The notes: generated from the letters alone by a model not told the origin. 63,889 bases of DNA, filler included, from Candidatus Woesearchaeota archaeon (GCA_002685855.1; 4 parts of 4 records of this genome joined end to end with filler, not necessarily neighbours in it), one strand, 5' to 3'. Shown: positions 9,665 through 18,694, counted from the first letter of the whole stretch. Made by a program: numbers and translations.

Positions 9665-10124
9665 CAAACAAACTATACTGTACATAGCGATGCATCCCCA
9701 CCCGTTCTTGACCCTCACGATAACTACACGGAATAGGTCCATGAATAAACAGATATGGATAAAGCCAATAGATCCCTGCCTCATCAAGACTATCCAGCAC
9801 CAGATGCATAAACAACCCCAACACCAAAGCCAAACCATGAAACGGATTTACCACCCAACCAACCACCCCTCCCAATAACAGAATTCCCCAAATCGAATGC
9901 AAAAAGGTCCTTGGATAAAAACCAATCTTCTGCCACCCCGTTAAACGACGTTCAGAACGACTCCAGCTATCACTAGCCTGAGAATAGGCTGCCCCCAGAA
10001 AATGATCCACATCAAGAACAACTGCCCCTACGATAAACCACCACACACTCAAATCAACAGGCATAATCCAGGAAAACAGCACCCAGAACACCAAAGCAAA
10101 GATAATATGGCTAAACGAATCCAT
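9612..10124 (-). CDS. Membrane-bound metal-dependent hydrolase (YbcI/DUF457-like)
   Basis: MDSFSH, LDVDH, RTFLHS and HLVLD motifs with TM segments. Confidence 0.8.
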   Translation of the reverse strand: MDSFSHIIFALVFWVLFSWIMPVDLSVWWFIVGAVVLDVDHFLGAAYSQASDSWSRSERRLTGWQKIGFYPRTFLHSIWGILLLGGVVGWVVNPFHGLALVLGLFMHLVLDSLDEAGIYWLYPYLFIHGPIPCSYREGQERVGMHRYVQYSLFVNFFLCVFLFLGYLFLG

Positions 10125-10180
10125 ATCCCAAGAATAAAAGAACAATTTAAATACTTTTAGAATTCCTCAAAAACAACTCA

Positions 10181-10801
10181 ATGACAGCGATTCTAGCATG
10201 GCAACTCGATCAGATGGCAGCACTCGCCACAGACCTTCTAACCTTTACTATACCCTTTAACTCAGACACACCCCGATATCGCCTTTCAGAAAAGATACTC
10301 TCAACAACCCATGATCACCTCCTTCTCTTTTCAGGTATAATCCGCAGCGAGACAATCAGAGACCTCTGCTCAATCACCCTCCAAGAACTCCTCACAACCG
10401 ACCTCCGCCCCTACCACGACCCCCACAAAATGTCTGTCGAAATTCTCGCCCTGGATCCAGCCGAAAACCAGATCTATACAGGCGGAACAAGATCATCTTG
10501 CTTCGAAAGGATCAACAAAGGAACCTTCATCTACACAGACAGCAGCAACGACAGATGGGCCCCCATCGTCCATCAACAGATGGCAAAATTCTCAAATAAA
10601 AAGACAGACATCTTCAGCTACTTCACCTCTCTCCTTGAACAACTCGCTGAAAAAGACCCTGAAATCCAGGGCCACGCAACCTATATCCTAAAAGAAGGAA
10701 ACCTCTTCAGAGTCTCAATATCTCATCCACCTACAAACGGACTAGCCGCAAAACCTTTTAAAGCCCCCTTTCCCTCCCAACCTCGGGCCCCTGTAGTATA
10801 A
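10181..10801 (+). CDS. Hypothetical protein, possible Ntn-hydrolase/proteasome-beta-like fold
   Basis: M-T-AILA...AALATD...EKI....HLLLFSG pattern; stop codon lies inside tRNA-Arg. Confidence 0.5.
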   Translation: MTAILAWQLDQMAALATDLLTFTIPFNSDTPRYRLSEKILSTTHDHLLLFSGIIRSETIRDLCSITLQELLTTDLRPYHDPHKMSVEILALDPAENQIYTGGTRSSCFERINKGTFIYTDSSNDRWAPIVHQQMAKFSNKKTDIFSYFTSLLEQLAEKDPEIQGHATYILKEGNLFRVSISHPPTNGLAAKPFKAPFPSQPRAPVV

Positions 10802-10858
10802 TGGATAGAATAGAACCCTGCGGAGGTTCAGATCTGGGTTCGATTCCCAGCAGGGGCG
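10787..10858 (+). tRNA. tRNA-Arg(GCG), intronless, CCA not encoded
   Basis: Acceptor GCCCCTG/CAGGGGC; anticodon arm GAACC-CTGCGGA-GGTTC; T arm CTGGG-TTCGATT-CCCAG; followed by a T-tract. Confidence 0.95.
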
Positions 10859-10990
10859 GTTTTTTGAGCCATTGATGGGTCTCCCAACTTTGTTGGCTTT
10901 ATCCACGGCAGGGGCGTCTACATCACTTAATGAGCTACAATCTTAGCTAATTGTGTGTTCATATACCTTTTTGGACATATCTTGTGCTTC

Positions 10991-11971
10991 TTACACTACG
11001 TAGTCCACATAAAGATAAACATAGTTTCTGCCAACATCCAATGTATTGAGTAATTCTCCTGTGTAGGCATCAATAACATAGATGCGTCTTCCTTCTGATT
11101 CATGAGCATAGATCTGGTTGTTTAAAAGGTTGATAGCTCCTGAGCCAGTACTAAAGAAGTCGATGTAGGGAAGGTCTGCTATAACTTCGGACTCTCCTGT
11201 GTATCGGTCAATATGTCTTAACTCTAGTATTTCATAGGTAACATAGTCCCAGGTGATCCCTACTAAGTCACCACTACTTGTAGTAAAGAGCCCCCAATAT
11301 GAATCATCTATCTCTGCTTTGGATAAATATTCACCTGTAATGCTGTCTACGATCATGAGGTGATCTAAGCTATGCAAGGGGGGTTGGGGTCGTCCATAGA
11401 TGATGAATTGATTTTGATCATTGTCTAGTGCGAGAGCATGGCCTGCATGTACCGCGTTTGGTCCATATACCGAGGTAATATGTTCTACTTCTCCACTCAC
11501 AGGATCGATGTTCAAAAATTCTGGAACGAATTTATCACGAGAAATCTCTTGTCCTTCTCCCGGTTGAGTAGGGCGATATCTTTCAATGATGTAGGAGCTG
11601 TTAGTGAATCCTCTTAGATCATCAGCATCCCCGGGGCTTTCGTCTCCGCCTGCAGGAAAGTTCATGTAAACCTTGATGCCGTTTATGGCTACAAAATCTC
11701 CTTCGCTGTTGAGGCCGGTTAAGACTCCTCTCTGTCTTGCATTCCGATGAAAAAACTTGGAGGGAAAAGATGAAAATGGAATCAAACATAAACATAGAGT
11801 TTTTAGAACAACTCTCTGAAATGGTCGAATCAGGCCAACTATCAAGAGAGGAAGAAGCATTTCTAAGAGGGTTAGAGTCCGTTGATTACAATTAAGGACT
11901 CTTTCCTTCCTAAAAACACGCAGAGGAATCAAATGGAAAAAAATAATGATAAATCTAACAAACACCAACAA
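10991..11971 (-). CDS. Beta-propeller-like hypothetical protein (true start uncertain; N-terminal ~80 aa probably spurious)
   Basis: Repeated I/VD-x-x-T/SG-E blade motifs (IDPVSGE, VDSITGE, IDRYTGE, IDAYTGE). Confidence 0.55.
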   Translation of the reverse strand: MLVFVRFIIIFFHLIPLRVFRKERVLNCNQRTLTLLEMLLPLLIVGLIRPFQRVVLKTLCLCLIPFSSFPSKFFHRNARQRGVLTGLNSEGDFVAINGIKVYMNFPAGGDESPGDADDLRGFTNSSYIIERYRPTQPGEGQEISRDKFVPEFLNIDPVSGEVEHITSVYGPNAVHAGHALALDNDQNQFIIYGRPQPPLHSLDHLMIVDSITGEYLSKAEIDDSYWGLFTTSSGDLVGITWDYVTYEILELRHIDRYTGESEVIADLPYIDFFSTGSGAINLLNNQIYAHESEGRRIYVIDAYTGELLNTLDVGRNYVYLYVDYVV

Positions 11972-12094
11972 AAACCATCCAAAAGAACTCAGCCGACAAG
12001 AAAGAAAATCAACCTCGTCAGATTTGAAGATATCTTTATATTTGACAGGGAAGAAGAAGACAAAATATATACAACAAGATCACAAAGTTCATAA
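11933..12094 (+). CDS. Possible small basic protein (53 aa)
   Basis: GAGGA SD-like element upstream of ATG 11933; codon usage matches local A/C-rich plus-strand genes. Confidence 0.3.
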   Translation: MEKNNDKSNKHQQKPSKRTQPTRKKINLVRFEDIFIFDREEEDKIYTTRSQSS

Positions 12095-12269
12095 AAAAAG
12101 TAACCCTTAAGGAACAAAAAAATTCTCATTATTCCAAACAAAATCAGTAATGCTAAAACTATCTGCCTCCTAAAGCGTAAAATATATAAAGAAATATATG
12201 AATACGTAGATATAGCTTTGATCATAACAGTTATTTTTTAAGTAATTTCATATGTGTTGGGGGAAATAG

Positions 12270-12539
12270 ATGAAGAATAAGAAAATTTTCAATGTTTTTT
12301 TTAGGGAAAAACCTGCAATGATGATGGTAACCCTGCTCAATTCTTCCAATGATATCTATGCATCCTCTCTCGCAAAAGTCGTTGACTGCACCTACAGTCA
12401 TGTTGTGAAAATACTCCAGGAAATGCAAAAAGCCGGACTCATTCTCTTTGAAAAACAAGGCAGATTAAAAATCCTTAAACTCACCAAGAAAGGAGAGGAT
12501 ATTGCCAAAAGCATCGACATGATTAAGACAAACATCTAA
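12270..12539 (+). CDS. MarR-like winged-helix transcriptional regulator
   Basis: YASSLAKVVDCTYSHVVKILQEMQKAGLI..EKQGRLKILKLTKKG. Confidence 0.8.
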   Translation: MKNKKIFNVFFREKPAMMMVTLLNSSNDIYASSLAKVVDCTYSHVVKILQEMQKAGLILFEKQGRLKILKLTKKGEDIAKSIDMIKTNI

Positions 12540-12540
12540 T

Positions 12541-13113
12541 ATGAATCAAAAACTTCTTCTTGAAAAAGTCGACCAATACATTAGAACAGAGATAGAAACA
12601 TACGGCGTACCCGCAATCGAAGTGTATGAACTTCCCTATCCAATAGCAGATCATTTAGCCACAAAACTCAAAGCAGATCCTCTTATTGTCAAACTAGGAA
12701 TCCGTCTTATGGATTGTAAGCTCAGTGAAGCCATGAATATGAACCGACTTCAGGAACACGTTAAAATGAGCGTGCAGGCTACAGAAGAGCTCCTTAAACA
12801 GAACAACTGTCCTCAAAAAATCATAAAGCAAGTTATTACATGCATAAAAGAGCACCACAACACAAAATGGTCTTCCAAAGAAGCAGAGATCTGTGCAAAC
12901 GCAAACTGCTACAAGTTTCTCACCCAAAAAGGCGTGTTCCTCTATATGCACTCACTCGGAAAACGATCAATGCGCTACGACCTTGCCTTGGAACTCTTAA
13001 AAACAAAAATTGAAGAAAAATGGAAAATCCTCTCACTCCCCACCTGCAAAAAAGAGGTCTCTCCCCAATACAAAAAGATCATGAACCTAATCAAGAACGC
13101 AAAACTCACTTAA
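12541..13113 (+). CDS. HD-domain-like protein with degenerate metal ligands
   Basis: LKADPLIVKLGIRLMD (HD position), EHVKMS, CIKEHH, EAEICANAN. Confidence 0.55.
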   Translation: MNQKLLLEKVDQYIRTEIETYGVPAIEVYELPYPIADHLATKLKADPLIVKLGIRLMDCKLSEAMNMNRLQEHVKMSVQATEELLKQNNCPQKIIKQVITCIKEHHNTKWSSKEAEICANANCYKFLTQKGVFLYMHSLGKRSMRYDLALELLKTKIEEKWKILSLPTCKKEVSPQYKKIMNLIKNAKLT

Positions 13114-14173
13114 ACTTCTTCACATCTATATGTTCTTTATCTATAGAAATCTCAATATCATCATTCGCTCGAATAGCTGAAATCTTTGTTGCAATCTCAG
13201 GAAGTAAGATCCTCGTACCCCGGAAATCCACTGTTGTAATAAGCTTATGCTGCTCAGTCTCCAGTTCAGCCATGATCTGGGAAGACTTTTTCTTATTCTT
13301 TCCCTCAACAAACAACTTCGTTTGATGAAACAGATGCGCTGCAATCTTGTCAGCAACATCAATCTTTGTAGCATCAGTAATACCCTGAAGCCCTGGACTA
13401 ATATTCGCCTCAATAACCAACGGTCCCTTTGCAGACTCAAGAATATCCACTCCGCAGATCTCAGAATGAATCGCCTGAGCAGTCTTAATCGCTATCTGCT
13501 TTGAATACTCATCCAATTGAACCGGCTCAACACTTCCGCCCTGATGAACATTAGCACGCTCCTCACCCTCCCCTGCCTTGCGCTTCATACTCGCAACAAC
13601 CTTATCACCCACAACAATCGCACGCAGATCAGTCTTGTCCGTATCAATATACTCCTGAAGAATAAACGGCTGCCGCAAAGCCACAAGCGCATCCAGCATA
13701 CTACTCGCACTCGCATAACTATCTGCAACCAACACGCCCTTGCCCTGCGTACCCTGAGGAAACTTCATAATAATAGGAAAATTAACCTTCTTCAGCAAAA
13801 TCCTTGCACCCTCAATAGTCGAAGTAAGATAGGTGCGTGGCATAGGAATATTTTCATTCTGCAACTGAAGATGCGTAAGCAGCTTATCATGAGCAATAGT
13901 AAACGCCTCAGGCTTGTTCGGCATAAAACAGCTCTTATGCAAAATCGTACTCATACTCGTCAATATCGGCGCATAACGAAAACTCCCCTTTGCATAGATA
14001 CAATCATACTTCTTCAGAGGTTCACCCTTATGCAATACCTCAGCAGTCTTTCCACTAATCGTGATCTCCACATCCTTTAAATTCAGAACATCAACATCCT
14101 CAAAATACCTCTTTAATGCTTTCGCTGTCCATTGGCTGCTTACACTTTCCAAACTAATAATTGCCGCTTTCAT
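13106..14173 (-). CDS. RimK-family ATP-grasp ligase with C-terminal AbrB-like domain
   Basis: HDKLLT, FPIIMKFPQGTQGKGV, ILQEYI, DLRAIVVG, RANVHQGG, GVDILES, EANISPG. Confidence 0.9.
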   Translation of the reverse strand: MKAAIISLESVSSQWTAKALKRYFEDVDVLNLKDVEITISGKTAEVLHKGEPLKKYDCIYAKGSFRYAPILTSMSTILHKSCFMPNKPEAFTIAHDKLLTHLQLQNENIPMPRTYLTSTIEGARILLKKVNFPIIMKFPQGTQGKGVLVADSYASASSMLDALVALRQPFILQEYIDTDKTDLRAIVVGDKVVASMKRKAGEGEERANVHQGGSVEPVQLDEYSKQIAIKTAQAIHSEICGVDILESAKGPLVIEANISPGLQGITDATKIDVADKIAAHLFHQTKLFVEGKNKKKSSQIMAELETEQHKLITTVDFRGTRILLPEIATKISAIRANDDIEISIDKEHIDVKKFK

Positions 14174-14529
14174 CGTTGCATAGGGTCGATCAAGAACCCC
14201 TTATTCAAAACATTCTGACCAATAAGCACAGGATACTTCATATGGCTCCTGTCAGCCAACGTGAACGTCTCCTTAATCTTCTTCTTCCGAATAACAACCT
14301 CAACCTCTATCATCGGCCGAAGCTTAACACCATGCGCACTCTTCACAAGCTTGTTCTGAACAACCGGCCCCAACTTCAATTTCGAAGCCAGACTAATATC
14401 CATACTGCTCTTTGTCGCACCTGTATCAATACGAGCAACTAACTCCTTCTGCATACTATTTTTTCCAAGGACAGAGATCTTCTCTGTCAATCCAATAATA
14501 GTCCGATCACCTATATCTTCTGGGGTCAT
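14170..14529 (-). CDS. RimK-associated retropepsin-like aspartic protease
   Basis: ARIDTGATKSS, FTLADRSHMKYPVLIGQN; ATGA-coupled to the RimK-family gene. Confidence 0.85.
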   Translation of the reverse strand: MTPEDIGDRTIIGLTEKISVLGKNSMQKELVARIDTGATKSSMDISLASKLKLGPVVQNKLVKSAHGVKLRPMIEVEVVIRKKKIKETFTLADRSHMKYPVLIGQNVLNKGFLIDPMQR

Positions 14530-16010
14530 TCTGTTTCTGCCTCAGGTTTCATAAAAGGAAATAGGATAACATCACGAATCGAAACAGAATCCGTCAACAA
14601 CATCACCAAGCGGTCAACACCAATACCCAGACCACTCGCAGGCGGCATCCCATACTCCAGCGCCCGAATAAAATCAGTATCCAACCGCTGCGCCTCCTCA
14701 TCAGACTCCTTCGCCCTTCGCTTCTCTTCACGCTCCCAATACTCCTTCAAAATTTGAGGATCATTCAACTCAGAATACGAATTCCCAAGCTCCCACCCAT
14801 TAATATACGGTTCAAACCGCTCTGCAAAACGCGGATTATCCTTCTTAGGCTTTGCCAATCCACACGTCTCAAAAGGATAATCATACACCATCGTTGGCTG
14901 AATAAGCTTTTCTTCAACCAACTCTCCAAAGATAAACTCCATAGCAATCCCCCTATTATAACTTCCTTCATAGGACAGACCCTTCTCCTTAATAAAACCC
15001 TGAATCTCATCATCACTCAGCTTCTCAATATCAATACCTACATACTCCTTAATCGCATCAACCATAGTAATCCGCTTCCACGGCCGCTTAAAATCAATCT
15101 CCTTTCCCTGAAACCTAACCTTCGTCCCCCCGGTAACACGTTTTGCCAAAAACTCAAACATCTCCTCTGTAAGATCCATATTCATCCTATAATCTGCATA
15201 GGCCCACATCGTCTCCATCAATAAAAACTCAGGATTATGCGTCTTATCAATCCCCTCATTCCTGAAATCCTGCGAAAACTCAAAAATCTTATCATACCCG
15301 CCAACCAACAACCTCTTCAAATACATCTCGTTTGAAATCCGCATAAACACAGTCATATCCAACGCATGCAATTTAGACTCAAACGGCTTTGCACTCGTAC
15401 CCCCATAAATAGGCTGCAAAATAGGAGTTTCAACCTCAATAAATCCCCTCTTCAATAAAAACTCGCGAATTCCCTGAATAATCTCCGCCCGCTTCATAAA
15501 CGCCTCCCGAACCTCAGGATTCATAATAAGATCCAGATACCTCTGCCGATACCGAAGCTCCTTCTCCTTCAACCCATGAAACTTTTCAGGAAGCGGATGC
15601 AACGACTTTGTCAAAATCTCAAACAACCTAACTGCAATCGTCAACTCACCGGTCTTTGTAGCAAAAACACTCCCCTCCAAGCCAATAATATCACCAATAT
15701 CCAGCTTCTTCAAAAACTTATAATTATCATTCCCAAGATCATCCTGCTTAAAATACAGCTGAATCTTTCCTGTACCATCCCGCAACGTAATAAACGTAAC
15801 CTTTCCCATCCGCCGCAACATCATAATCCTGCCCGCAGTCTTCACAACATCAGGCAAACTCTCCTCCTTTTTCAGATGCCCATACTTCTTCTGAAGCTCC
15901 CCAGCAGTTATTTGCTTATCAAACCGATAACTATACGGATTCTTTCCAGCCTTTCGAATATCCTGAAGCTTCTCCTTCCGTTCCTTGATAAGCTGATTAT
16001 CCTCTTCCAT
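14526..16010 (-). CDS. lysS: Lysyl-tRNA synthetase, class II
   Basis: OB fold, LPEKFHGL, RYRQRYLDLIMN, FRNEGIDKTHNPEF, EYGMPPASGLGIGVDRL, IRDVILFP. Confidence 0.97.
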   Translation of the reverse strand: MEEDNQLIKERKEKLQDIRKAGKNPYSYRFDKQITAGELQKKYGHLKKEESLPDVVKTAGRIMMLRRMGKVTFITLRDGTGKIQLYFKQDDLGNDNYKFLKKLDIGDIIGLEGSVFATKTGELTIAVRLFEILTKSLHPLPEKFHGLKEKELRYRQRYLDLIMNPEVREAFMKRAEIIQGIREFLLKRGFIEVETPILQPIYGGTSAKPFESKLHALDMTVFMRISNEMYLKRLLVGGYDKIFEFSQDFRNEGIDKTHNPEFLLMETMWAYADYRMNMDLTEEMFEFLAKRVTGGTKVRFQGKEIDFKRPWKRITMVDAIKEYVGIDIEKLSDDEIQGFIKEKGLSYEGSYNRGIAMEFIFGELVEEKLIQPTMVYDYPFETCGLAKPKKDNPRFAERFEPYINGWELGNSYSELNDPQILKEYWEREEKRRAKESDEEAQRLDTDFIRALEYGMPPASGLGIGVDRLVMLLTDSVSIRDVILFPFMKPEAETE

Positions 16011-16125
16011 AAACCGCACAAAACAGGGGGTTCTATTTAAAGTTTGTCACCCCTGTCATCATAAAACCCCTTATAAAACCAAACCTTTTTTAAGGGCACC
16101 AAACCCCCCTATAAAAGGTGGTAGC

Positions 16126-16296
16126 ATGAAGCGGATGGAAGTAATAGACCTTTTTGACGTAAAATATGACAGAATGTCTGATAAGATCAACGAAATATTA
16201 GTTGATATTCAGCAGAAGGGCACAGTAGTCGACTTTAAAGTCCTTGGTTCAGCCCTCAACAAATGCGCGGTCTTTATCCTCTATGAAGAAGACTAA
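16126..16296 (+). CDS. Small protein (56 aa) missing from the ORF track
   Basis: SD AGGTGG then ATG; MKRMEVIDLFDVKYDRMSDKINEILVDIQQKGTVVDFKVLGSALNKCAVFILYEED; stop overlaps the pth2 stop. Confidence 0.7.
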   Translation: MKRMEVIDLFDVKYDRMSDKINEILVDIQQKGTVVDFKVLGSALNKCAVFILYEED

Positions 16297-16670
16297 AGAA
16301 GTGACAACTTCTCAGTAATCTTGTCAATATCCTTCTCTTTATTAGGGCCAATACTCCCTACAGTTGTAGTCCCAGGCTCAACAACCGTCCTGCCGGCATC
16401 AGTAATCAATGCCGTCGTCATCCCAAGATCCTTTGCCTGCTGAATATACCTATACAACTCCCTCTCATCCTCCACCTTCAGCACAACCTTCTTCATCCCC
16501 TCCTTCCGCCACGCCTTCACATCAGAACTCGGAGCCCGAAGCACCGCCTCCACACTTGCATGCGCACACTGAGCACCAATCTTGCCCTTAGGCAACCTAA
16601 GATCCTCACGAACAAGAATAACCTGCTTATACGCAGTCTTTGCCACTGAATCAATAATTCGCTTAAGCAT
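16293..16670 (-). CDS. pth2: Peptidyl-tRNA hydrolase 2 (start 16670 or GTG 16646)
   Basis: YKQVILVREDL, KGKIGAQCAHAS, KKVVLKV, DAGRTVVEPGT, GPN. Confidence 0.93.
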   Translation of the reverse strand: MLKRIIDSVAKTAYKQVILVREDLRLPKGKIGAQCAHASVEAVLRAPSSDVKAWRKEGMKKVVLKVEDERELYRYIQQAKDLGMTTALITDAGRTVVEPGTTTVGSIGPNKEKDIDKITEKLSLL

Positions 16671-16743
16671 CCTCTTCCAACACTCCTTTCTTTTATATGT
16701 TTTTCCACAAAACTTAAAAACCAATCCCTGTCCTCAACCCTAC

Positions 16744-16928
16744 GCCTCTGTAGCTCAGTGGTACCCGCCCAGACAAAATTCTGAGCAATGCACCAAAGAG
16801 CGTTACCTTGGTAACTTCAAGCATGCTCAAAGAAGTAGAGCAAGCCAACGAAGTTCGAAGAGGTAAAGGTCCCGAGTTCAAAGATGCTCTTCTCAAACAG
16901 GGAAGCACTGAAAGTCTCGGCAGAGGCT
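16744..16928 (+). tRNA. tRNA-Thr(GGU) with three introns: D-loop ~16764/5-16797, 37/38 at 16814-16860, T-loop 59/60 at 16883-16914
   Basis: After intron removal: GCCTCTG/CAGAGGC acceptor, GCTC/GAGC D stem, TTACC-TTGGTAA-GGTAA, CCGAG-TTCAAAT-CTCGG; BHB-like helices at each junction; poly-T downstream. Confidence 0.9.
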
Positions 16929-16983
16929 CCTTCTTTTTTTTCAGTTCAAAAAATTTAAATACAACCCACCTCCCCCACCCTCC

Positions 16984-17397
16984 ATGAAAATAGGCATCAT
17001 CGGATCCATGCAGTTCACAGAACAGATGCTCGAAGCCCGCGAAAAACTCAACGAATTAGGTCACACCGCATTTCTTACAGATCTTCACGAACCCTTCCTA
17101 GGAAAAACAGACCAGGAAAAAGAAGAGATCAAACTCAAACAAAAAAACGAATTTGATGCAATCAGGGCATTCTGGAATAAGATGCAGGGAGCAGACGCAG
17201 TACTCGTCATGAACTTTGACAAACACAACATTCCAAACTACATCGGCGGCAACACCCTCATGGAAATAGGATTTGCCCACGTCCTCAACCAGAAAGTATT
17301 CCTCTGGAACCCCATACCCGACATCTCCTACTACAAAACAGAAATAGAAGCAGTCAAACCCATAATCATCGATCAGGACCTTTCTAACATCCAATAA
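16984..17397 (+). CDS. Nucleoside 2-deoxyribosyltransferase-like protein
   Basis: IGIIGSMQF, ADAVLVMN, YIGGNTLMEIGFA..LNQKVFL. Confidence 0.65.
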   Translation: MKIGIIGSMQFTEQMLEAREKLNELGHTAFLTDLHEPFLGKTDQEKEEIKLKQKNEFDAIRAFWNKMQGADAVLVMNFDKHNIPNYIGGNTLMEIGFAHVLNQKVFLWNPIPDISYYKTEIEAVKPIIIDQDLSNIQ

Positions 17398-17437
17398 CAA
17401 CCGACAACTATTTAACCCATAAATAAAACAAACATTA

Positions 17438-17782
17438 ATGGCACAGGAATCACACGGACTCCATCACTATCATCGAAGGAAAAGAATTCATCAAGGCCAC
17501 GAATCCTACCCCCATCCCGATAAAGCAAAGCGGTTCATGGACCAAGCCATCTACCTTGTCGGACTCCTCGGTCCCATCCTCACACTCCCCCAGGTCATGA
17601 TCATCTGGGTCCAGCAAAACGCATCAGGAGTCTCCCTCGTCTCCTGGATAGCATACCTCGTCACCGCCTGCTTCTGGCTCACCTACGGAATCATGCACAA
17701 AGAAAAACCCATCATCTTTACAAACTCAATCTGGATCATGCTCGACATCCTCATCATCATCGGCATCATCATCTACCGGTAA
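17438..17782 (+). CDS. SemiSWEET/PQ-loop family transporter
   Basis: 3 TM segments; TLPQ, ASGVSL, WLTYGI, PIIFTN motifs; His-rich N-terminus. Confidence 0.85.
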   Translation: MAQESHGLHHYHRRKRIHQGHESYPHPDKAKRFMDQAIYLVGLLGPILTLPQVMIIWVQQNASGVSLVSWIAYLVTACFWLTYGIMHKEKPIIFTNSIWIMLDILIIIGIIIYR

Positions 17783-17812
17783 CCTTTTAAACCAGAAAAC
17801 CCCAGAAACAAG

Positions 17813-18694
17813 ATGTTCATCTTCGTCATAAACTGTGGCAGCAGCTCTGTAAAGGCAAAACTCTTCAAAGCAAACTCCCACACAAACGAAATCTGCTCAG
17901 CAAAAGTCGAAGCCATCGGACTCCCCCGCTGCACCCTTTCCTTCTCTTCCAAAGAAAAAAGCCTCACCGGCCCCCTCAACTGCAAAAACCACACAGAAGC
18001 AATCGAAAACATCCTCCACGGACTCCAAAACCACAACGTCCTCAACAATCTAAAAGAAATTATCCTGGTAGGCCACCGTGTGGTACACGGTGGAGAAAAC
18101 TACACCAATCCGACAATCATCACAAAAACCGTTCTCAAAACAATAGACTCCCTCTCCCTCCTCGCACCCCTCCACAACCCGGTCAACATCAAAGGCATAG
18201 AAGCCGCACAAACATTTCTCCCTCACGCAACAAACATCGCAGTCTTTGACACAGCCTTCCACCACACCATCCCCAAAGAAGCATTCCTCTACGGACTCCC
18301 CCTCGAATTCTATGAAAAACAAGGCATAAGAAAATACGGCTTTCACGGCATCTCCACAAAATACGTCTCAGAAAAAGCCCGCCAACTCTCACCAAACCTC
18401 TCAGAACTCATCGTCTGCCACCTCGGAAACGGATCCAGCATCACTGCAGTTAAAGACGGAAACAGCATAGAAACAAGCATGGGCTACTCACCCCTTGACG
18501 GCATCATCATGGGCTCCCGCTCCGGAGAACTCGATCCCGAAGTCGTCCTTCACATCCTCAGACAAGGCACATACACCGTCGACACACTCACAGAACTCCT
18601 CAACAAAAAAAGCGGCCTCTTTGGAATATCCGCAGTCTCCACAGACATCCGCGACCTCAAAGAAGCAGCAGACAACGGAAACAAACGCGCAGAG
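17813..18694 (+). CDS. ackA: Acetate kinase (3' end truncated by contig end)
   Basis: INCGSSSVK, GHRVVHGG, LAPLHNP, VFDTAFHHT, RKYGFHG, CHLGNGSS, ETSMG. Confidence 0.95.

Noticed and set aside
16582..16908. ORFs 16582-16866 and 16714-16908 (also 47675-47875)
   Set aside because: They overlap intron-containing tRNA genes, which explain the sequence better
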